From a virus: a stretch of 13,787 nt of DNA. Location of the stretch: positions 1 to 13,787 of IMG/VR virus record IMGVR_UViG_3300036943_000626. One strand, given 5' to 3'. This document shows, piece after piece, positions 1-3,370 of this stretch. The position numbers were made by a program, and so were the translations under genes. Positions within the stretch are counted from its first letter, which is position 1. Every line of letters begins with the position of its first letter. A model generated the notes under the pieces. That model was not told where the DNA came from and made no database searches. It was given only the letters and a program-made list of their open reading frames with translations.

Positions 1-127
1 TAAGGCTTACAAATTCAGGTTTGGCTGTTCTTCGAATCCCGATTGCTGTCAATCATTACAAAAAGAAAACTGATGGCGAAAGAGTTGAGGAATCCCATTT
101 TTTTCAAGTTATTTTCTTTGGAAAACT
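1..127. repeat. Terminal overlap copy A, identical to 13661..13787 (127 nt); indicates circular closure or terminal redundancy with a unit length of 13,660 bp
   Basis: Compared base by base: taaggcttacaaattcaggtttggctg...attttctttggaaaact occurs at both window ends with no mismatch. Confidence 0.95.
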
Positions 128-368
128 TGCTGAAACTGTTGAAAAATACATGGTTAAAGGTCAAGTCATGCTTGTTGAAGGAAGATTATCAACCTCAAAA
201 TATACAGACAAAGAAGGGATTGAAAGATATACAACCGAGATAATTGCTGATACAATGCAAATGGGAGCTAAACCTATGAAAAATCAAAATTTTTCATCAC
301 CCGAAACATCACCTCAAAAAACCTCCGAACCTGACGACGATATAAAAATTGAAGATATACCATTTTAA
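1..368 (+). CDS. ssb: Single-stranded DNA-binding protein, 3' portion (codon phase: first full codon starts at base 3)
   Basis: OB-fold-like core (HFFQVIFFGKLAE...GQVMLVEGRLSTSKYTDKEG...TEIIAD), a Ser/Pro-rich linker, and an acidic C-terminal tip DDDIKIEDIPF resembling the bacterial SSB tip DDDIPF. Confidence 0.85.
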   Translation, partial: RLTNSGLAVLRIPIAVNHYKKKTDGERVEESHFFQVIFFGKLAETVEKYMVKGQVMLVEGRLSTSKYTDKEGIERYTTEIIADTMQMGAKPMKNQNFSSPETSPQKTSEPDDDIKIEDIPF

Positions 369-406
369 GATTTAAAAAAGTGTAGTATTAAAATAATTGA
401 GGAATA

Positions 407-613
407 ATGAAAAAAATAATAAAATCAACTCACAACTCAATGCCTCACATATTAGCTTCTTGTTGTTGTGGCTGGATGGGTGGAGGGAATAATAATATCA
501 CAGAAGCTAGGAGAGAGCTTTTCTCACATATGAGAAAAAATAATTGCAAAACAGCCAGATTAGAAATAGGGAGAGTTTCGCATTATGAGTTAATAATTAA
601 ATCAAAATTATGA
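407..613 (+). CDS. Hypothetical small early protein (68 aa, CCCGW motif)
   Basis: ORF with GAGGA 5 nt upstream of the ATG, the only clear Shine-Dalgarno in the genome. Its stop overlaps the next start (ATGA). Confidence 0.6.
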   Translation: MKKIIKSTHNSMPHILASCCCGWMGGGNNNITEARRELFSHMRKNNCKTARLEIGRVSHYELIIKSKL

Positions 614-840
614 GTTTTCAGCCTGCTGGTGGAAACCGACAAAATCCACACACTCCGCCACGTGGAAAAAAAATCTGCCCTTTTATGTCTAGCGGAAAAG
701 ATATTGTTCCTTGCTCTCCTGATTGTATGCTTTACAGAGAGGGAAAACAAGGATCAAAATATCAATGTCCATTTCAAGAATTACCAAATATGTCTTGGAA
801 TATGTCCGTTGCATTAAAAAATCATACTAACGGATTCTAA
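610..840 (+). CDS. Hypothetical Cys-containing small protein (76 aa; CPF..C...C..CPF spacing, possible metal-binding)
   Basis: ATGA-coupled to the upstream ORF and followed by a terminator. Four Cys arranged C-x11-C-x3-C-x13-C, with CPF repeated. Confidence 0.55.
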   Translation: MSFQPAGGNRQNPHTPPRGKKICPFMSSGKDIVPCSPDCMLYREGKQGSKYQCPFQELPNMSWNMSVALKNHTNGF

Positions 841-854
841 TTTTACCCCTATTT

Positions 855-891
855 AAAAAACCGCCCCTATTGGTCATTGAGGCGGTTTTTT
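855..891 (+). terminator. Intrinsic terminator closing the early operon
   Basis: aaaaaaccgcc / 15-nt loop / ggcggtttttt: an 11-bp stem with a T-run, 15 nt after the stop at 840. Confidence 0.75.
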
Positions 892-895
892 AATT

Positions 896-927
896 AAAAA
901 AAAACACCTCCGAAGAGGTGTTTTTTT
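896..927 (-). terminator. Intrinsic terminator for the minus-strand gene (bidirectional in form)
   Basis: A9-cacctc-cgaa-gaggtg-T7. On the minus strand the hairpin directly follows the stop at 931 and is followed by a U-run. Confidence 0.8.
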
Positions 928-930
928 CTT

Positions 931-1206
931 TTACATTTTTTGAACCAAATCTCCGTTGAAGACAACTGCTATTCCAAAATTTCTTTTTTCTTTTTCTTTT
1001 GTTTTTTTGTCTTTTGTTTCTCCAATTTTCCAAATTCTCACACCCTTTCCTTTTGCTCCAACCAATTTCAAGCCCAACATTCTTGCTTGAACAAAAGTGA
1101 TCCATTCGTTGCTTTTATATCCCTCATTTTCTTTGACTTCTTGAAGAACATCCTGATTTCTCCCTTGATACTCTTTTTTTGACATTTTGTTTATTTGTTG
1201 TTTCAT
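931..1206 (-). CDS. Small ArdC-N / DUF1738-like protein (putative ssDNA-binding or anti-restriction), 91 aa
   Basis: EGYKSNEWITFVQARMLGLKLVGAKGKGVRIW...IAVVFNGDLVQ resembles, from memory, the ArdC N-domain hallmark W-x-T-F-x-Q-A-x-x-L-G-x-x-V-x-K-G-x-K-G ... V-F-N-x-x-Q. It is the only minus-strand gene and has its own terminator. Confidence 0.5.
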   Translation of the reverse strand: MKQQINKMSKKEYQGRNQDVLQEVKENEGYKSNEWITFVQARMLGLKLVGAKGKGVRIWKIGETKDKKTKEKEKRNFGIAVVFNGDLVQKM

Positions 1207-1274
1207 TTTTTTTATTTAAATTTTTATTAAAAAAAATGTTTCATAGGCAATTTTCTTAATTCTTATGTCTGTTA

Positions 1275-1367
1275 TTAAACAACTGATTGCTTATATCAAA
1301 TCAAGGTGGAGATTGACGAACAGAGTGAAGTCAATACTACCTTGAATTGATATAAGCTGTTGTTAAA
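1275..1367. repeat. Long imperfect inverted repeat (about 93 nt, over 30 bp of pairing) in the divergent intergenic region
   Basis: gcttatatcaaatcaaggt (1289-1307) pairs with accttgaattgatataagc (1339-1357) with one mismatch. There is an inner attgac/gtcaat pair and an outer aacaac/gttgtt pair. Confidence 0.8.
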
Positions 1368-1393
1368 ATAAAAAGACTAAGAATTAAAAAAAC

Positions 1394-1422
1394 TTGACTT
1401 ATTATTTGCTTTAATTTAAAAT
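1394..1422 (+). promoter_or_regulatory. Sigma70-type promoter TTGACT-17-TAAAAT
   Basis: TTGACT at 1394-1399, a 17-nt spacer, TAAAAT at 1417-1422. It lies about 175 nt upstream of the 1599 ATG. Confidence 0.6.
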
Positions 1423-1457
1423 GTTGATAACTAAAGAAAGAAGAAGCAAGAAAGAAA

Positions 1458-1507
1458 GCTAGACATTCTTCTAGCGATCCTTTCGACTCGTCTAGCTAGA
1501 AGCTAGT
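1458..1507. promoter_or_regulatory. Cluster of CTAG-centred palindromes in the 5' leader (candidate operator or structured leader)
   Basis: gctaga-cattct-tctagc hairpin at 1458-1475, a perfect 10-bp palindrome tctagctaga at 1491-1500, gctagt at 1502, and actagac at 1538. Confidence 0.45.
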
Positions 1508-1598
1508 AAGCGAAACCTATTCTATGAGTTTTTTTTACTAGACTTTCTTCTCTCTTTCATTCTTTTTTTAAATTTTTTTAACAAACTAACATCTAACC

Positions 1599-2192
1599 AT
1601 GACTAAACCCGCAAACGAACCAAACGACAAACTTTCTCCCAAAAACTTGACTTCAACTTTCCCGAATTCTCCTCTCTGTCGTTCTTCTTGTATCACTTGC
1701 AGTTCTCCTTATTTACAAGAAATTCATAAAATGAGGTATGATGATAAAATGTATTTAAAAGATATTTCCGCGAAATTAGAAAAAGAATTTGGCGAAAAAA
1801 TCTCTTATTCTGCTTTACATAGGCATTTTACTAACTTTAATAAAAATATAAAAAGGGCTGTCGAAACTAAAATGATTAAATATCTTGAAGAAGATGTTGA
1901 CCAACGGGCGCAACATTCTGCTAAATTGACAACTTTGATTAATGCTATGTTTGACAAATTGGCTCAAAACTGGCAAGATGTTGCACCAACTATTGAAAAC
2001 TTGGAAAAATTGACAAAATTGAGATATTTGGTTATGGAAAATAAAATTTCAATGGGTGATTATGATGAACAAATTAAGTTGATTATTAAAAATGCTGAAA
2101 ATGTTGATGCAAGACAATTAAGTTTATTTTCCCCCGAAGCAATTACTCAAAAACCAGAAGAAGAAAACAGAGGGGTTGCTGACGAGCAATAA
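1599..2192 (+). CDS. Zn-ribbon + helix-turn-helix-like DNA-binding protein; positional candidate for small terminase subunit or late regulator
   Basis: CRSSCITC followed by YLKDISAKLEKEFGEKISYSALHRHFTNF (Cys cluster plus an IS..AL.RH HTH-like pattern seen in some phage TerS or regulator proteins), a coiled-coil-like middle and an acidic tail. It is the last ORF before TerL. Confidence 0.45.
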   Translation: MTKPANEPNDKLSPKNLTSTFPNSPLCRSSCITCSSPYLQEIHKMRYDDKMYLKDISAKLEKEFGEKISYSALHRHFTNFNKNIKRAVETKMIKYLEEDVDQRAQHSAKLTTLINAMFDKLAQNWQDVAPTIENLEKLTKLRYLVMENKISMGDYDEQIKLIIKNAENVDARQLSLFSPEAITQKPEEENRGVADEQ

Positions 2193-2230
2193 AACCTAAA
2201 AGGGGGTTTGGGGGAAGCCCCCATTAAGAA

Positions 2231-2292
2231 CCGCCGCTGAATTTTAAGGTTTTTTTCGAGGAGGGACGACGAGAAAAAAACCGTTAAGGCGG
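2231..2292. repeat. Stem-loop
   Basis: ggttttttt (2248-2256) pairs with aaaaaaacc (2274-2282), flanked by ttaa/ttaa and ccgcc/ggcgg. Confidence 0.7.
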
Positions 2293-2351
2293 AATGGAGG
2301 GGGTGAGCCGACCAGCGGGAGGCGAACAAGGAGCGTAGCGACCACCATTCC
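2291..2351. repeat. Stem-loop followed by the CCGACACACC tail
   Basis: ggaatggagg pairs with ccaccattcc (7+2 bp with one A.A mismatch). The loop carries GAGCGTAGCGACC. Confidence 0.6.
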
Positions 2352-2376
2352 CCGACACACCTTCGCCAAGGGGTAT

Positions 2377-2471
2377 GCGGGGAGGAAAGGAGGGGCTTGC
2401 CGGGCGAGAAAAAATAAGAAAAAGAGGAGCGAATGCGACCTTTTTCTTTTTTTCTCCTTTCCACTCCCCGC
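2377..2471. repeat. 95-nt two-tier hairpin with polypurine/polypyrimidine arms
   Basis: gcggggag..gaaag pairs with ctttcc.a.ctccccgc, and gagaaaaaataagaaaaagagg pairs with cctttttctttttttctc. The apical loop is agcgaatgcga. Confidence 0.75.
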
Positions 2472-2506
2472 AAAAAATGAGCGAATGACGAGTTTCAAAA
2501 CCCGAA

Positions 2507-2537
2507 CCTCCCCCGACCAAAGGCGGGGAGGGGGAGG
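2507..2537. repeat. Stem-loop
   Basis: cctccccc (2507-2514) pairs with gggggagg (2530-2537). Confidence 0.6.
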
Positions 2538-2546
2538 CAAAGTGAA

Positions 2547-2592
2547 GGGCGGGAGCGGAATTCAACAAAAACCTACATCTCCGCTCCCGCCC
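2547..2592. repeat. Stem-loop with a perfect 13-bp GC-rich stem
   Basis: gggcgggagcgga (2547-2559) pairs with tccgctcccgccc (2580-2592). Confidence 0.85.
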
Positions 2593-2687
2593 TGAACGGC
2601 AAGAGCGAACACCTTATTTTGAAATTTTTAAAACCAGTTACCCCCCTTGGGGGGGTTAGGGGGGGAATATGAAATAATTTTTTTATG

Positions 2688-2796
2688 TCGCACAACACAG
2701 ATTCTTGCGACATTATGGAAACAAACAAAAACCGACCCTCACAGGAAGCGGTTTTTGATTTGTTTCCAAATGTTTCGCAAAATCTATGTTGTGCGA
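2688..2796. repeat. 109-nt rod-like element: an outer helix of about 21 bp enclosing an 18-bp helix
   Basis: tcgcacaacacagattcttgcga (2688-2710) pairs with tcgcaaaatctatgttgtgcga (2775-2796) with one mismatch and one bulge. The inner pair is ggaaacaaacaaaaaccg (2717-2734) with cggtttttgatttgtttcc (2749-2767). Confidence 0.8.
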
Positions 2797-2801
2797 GTCA
2801 A

Positions 2802-2842
2802 GCCAATGAAACACAATATAAAATTTATAAAAATTCATTGGC
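2802..2842. repeat. Stem-loop
   Basis: gccaatgaa (2802-2810) pairs with ttcattggc (2834-2842); the loop is AT-rich. Confidence 0.7.
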
Positions 2843-2883
2843 GAAGACCTTGCATAAAAAAACACCTTGAGGGAGAGGGGTTT

Positions 2884-2908
2884 GGGGAGAACCGCAGTGG
2901 TTCTCCCC
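2884..2908. repeat. Stem-loop (10-bp stem, 5-nt loop)
   Basis: ggggagaacc-gcagt-ggttctcccc, followed by attttaaa. Confidence 0.8.
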
Positions 2909-2922
2909 ATTTTAAAGAGCGA

Positions 2923-2987
2923 GGGAAAAGAGGAAAAAAAACTGTTGTGTGTCTATCTTAACAACAGATTTTTTTGACTCTTTTCCC
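2923..2987. repeat. Long hairpin, paralog 1 (loop contains TATCTTA)
   Basis: gggaaaagag pairs with ctcttttccc, A-run with T-run, ctgttg with caacag. The loop is tgtgtctatcttaa. It is followed by GAGCCACCGC plus ttttatataaaaa. Confidence 0.85.
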
Positions 2988-3013
2988 GAGCCACCGCTTT
3001 TATATAAAAAAAT

Positions 3014-3080
3014 GAGCGTAGCGAACACCTTTTAAATATAAACTAATGGAGCGAAGCGACCACCTTTTATTATATAAAAA
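3014..3080 (+). repeat. Two tandem short units (35 and 32 nt), each with a GCGNAGC mini-hairpin, a GA(A/C)CACC tail and a TATA-type linker
   Basis: gagcgtagcgaacacc-ttttaaatataaactaatg (3014-3048) is followed by gagcgaagcgaccacc-ttttattatataaaaa (3049-3080). Confidence 0.75.
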
Positions 3081-3086
3081 GAGGGA

Positions 3087-3151
3087 GGGGATTTGAGAAA
3101 AAAAGACTGTTTCGCGTTTATCTTAGAAACAGCTTTTTTTCTCAATTCCCC
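3087..3151. repeat. Long hairpin, paralog 2 (loop contains TATCTTA)
   Basis: ggggatttgag pairs with ctcaattcccc, gagaaaaaaag with ctttttttctc, ctgtttc with gaaacag. The loop is gcgtttatctta. It is followed by GACCCACCGC plus ttaatataaaaa. Confidence 0.85.
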
Positions 3152-3178
3152 GACCCACCGCTTAATATAAAAAGAGGA

Positions 3179-3237
3179 GTGATATTAAAAAGCAAATGTC
3201 TTTTTTGGAAAAAAAGTCTTTTGCTTTTTAATATCAC
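3179..3237. repeat. Long hairpin with a perfect 18-bp outer stem
   Basis: gtgatattaaaaagcaaa pairs with tttgctttttaatatcac, followed by GACACACC plus tacttatataaaa. Confidence 0.85.
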
Positions 3238-3274
3238 GACACACCTACTTATATAAAAGATGAGCCAAAAATAG

Positions 3275-3318
3275 GGAAAAGGTAGTTGAGTTGGCGAAAC
3301 TACCTTTTCCTTTTTTTT
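3275..3318 (+). terminator. Strong intrinsic terminator at the 3' end of the hairpin array
   Basis: ggaaaaggtag - 14-nt loop - ctaccttttcc (perfect 11 bp) followed by T8. Confidence 0.8.
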
Positions 3319-3345
3319 GGCGAACACCTATTATTATGTTAAAAT
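3317..3345 (+). promoter_or_regulatory. Candidate extended -10 promoter for the TerL/structural operon
   Basis: TTGGCG (3317-3322), a 17-nt spacer, TGT-TAAAAT (3337-3345), about 25 nt upstream of the TerL ATG. Confidence 0.45.
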
Positions 3346-3370
3346 GCAAATATAAATTTAAAACTAAACT

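Larger units (their letters stand above)
2193..3370 (+). other. ORF-free array of at least 13 stem-loops with a GC-rich 5' part and recurrent sequence motifs; function unknown (structured RNA array, large ncRNA, or pac/ori candidate)
   Basis: Hand count of G+C is 40/60 at 2281-2340 against 14/60 at 9001-9060. The stem-loops are listed individually below. The only ORFs in the track here are composition artefacts that run through perfect inverted repeats. Confidence 0.8.

Noticed and set aside
29-40. tRNA T-loop-like string ttcgaatcc
   Set aside because: It lies inside the ssb reading frame and has no flanking acceptor, D or anticodon arms. I found no tRNA cloverleaf anywhere in the window.
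1-127. The terminal repeat as a biologically defined direct terminal repeat (T7-like DTR)
   Set aside because: The length of exactly 127 nt matches a common assembler maximum k-mer, and the repeat falls inside the ssb coding sequence. Circular closure of a circular or circularly permuted genome is more likely. Read-end analysis would be needed to decide.
43-817. Alternative-frame ORFs 43-243 and 629-817, and similar internal ORFs (3737-3922, 5156-5377, 6156-6347, 7114-7365, 7536-7799, 8449-8655, 9417-9608, 12296-12478, 13466-13657)
   Set aside because: Each is nested within a longer ORF that has a recognisable function or operon context. Their products are hydrophobic or low complexity, as expected from AT-rich off-frame translation.
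890-1182. ORFs 940-1182 (+) and 890-1105 (-) overlapping the ArdC-like gene
   Set aside because: The products are poly-Phe/Cys or Lys/Arg low complexity produced by the homopolymer-rich sequence. The 931-1206 minus frame has a recognisable domain motif and correctly placed terminators.
2147-2568. Three overlapping minus-strand ORFs (2147-2473, 2244-2540, 2284-2568; 94-108 aa)
   Set aside because: All three frames are open at once because the + strand here is purine-rich, so the minus strand lacks the A/G needed for stop codons. The products are Ser/Pro/Arg/Phe-rich low complexity. They run through perfect inverted repeats, and one overlaps the 3' end of gene 1599-2192.
2379-2613. RNase P RNA: GGGGAGGAAAG (2379-2389) is identical to part of the conserved GAGGAAAGUCC region, and GGCAAGAGCGAACACC (2598-2613) resembles GGUAAGAGCGCACC
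   Set aside because: The mandatory P4 partner strand is missing. No sequence complementary to the region following GGAAAG is preceded by ACAGAA, and the GUAAGAGC-like string is not in a hairpin. The second motif is simply one copy of the array-wide GAGCG..CACC repeat. cmscan could still test this formally.
2647-2961. Plus-strand ORFs in the hairpin array (2647-2961 with a non-ATG start; 2685-2870, ATG, 61 aa) and minus-strand ORFs 2713-2910 and 3142-3327
   Set aside because: Each spans several long near-perfect inverted repeats, which is very unusual for coding sequence. None has an RBS or coupling. The 61-aa ATG ORF at 2685-2870 cannot be fully excluded and is flagged in the findings as the alternative explanation for the 2688-2796 rod.
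2998-3260. TATATAAAA boxes as archaeal TATA/BRE promoters or as a series of bacterial -10 elements that each drive one hairpin RNA
   Set aside because: The phage has bacterial hallmarks: the SSB acidic tip, the M23+LysM endolysin and TTGACA/TATAAT promoters. The boxes have no -35 partner at 16-18 nt, and the linkers are palindromic, so they give no direction. This remains only an untested sub-hypothesis.
2193-3370. CRISPR array or solitary CRISPR repeats
   Set aside because: The recurrent motifs are short (7-16 nt), degenerate and irregularly spaced. There is no repeat-spacer periodicity, and the intervening segments are themselves palindromic hairpins.
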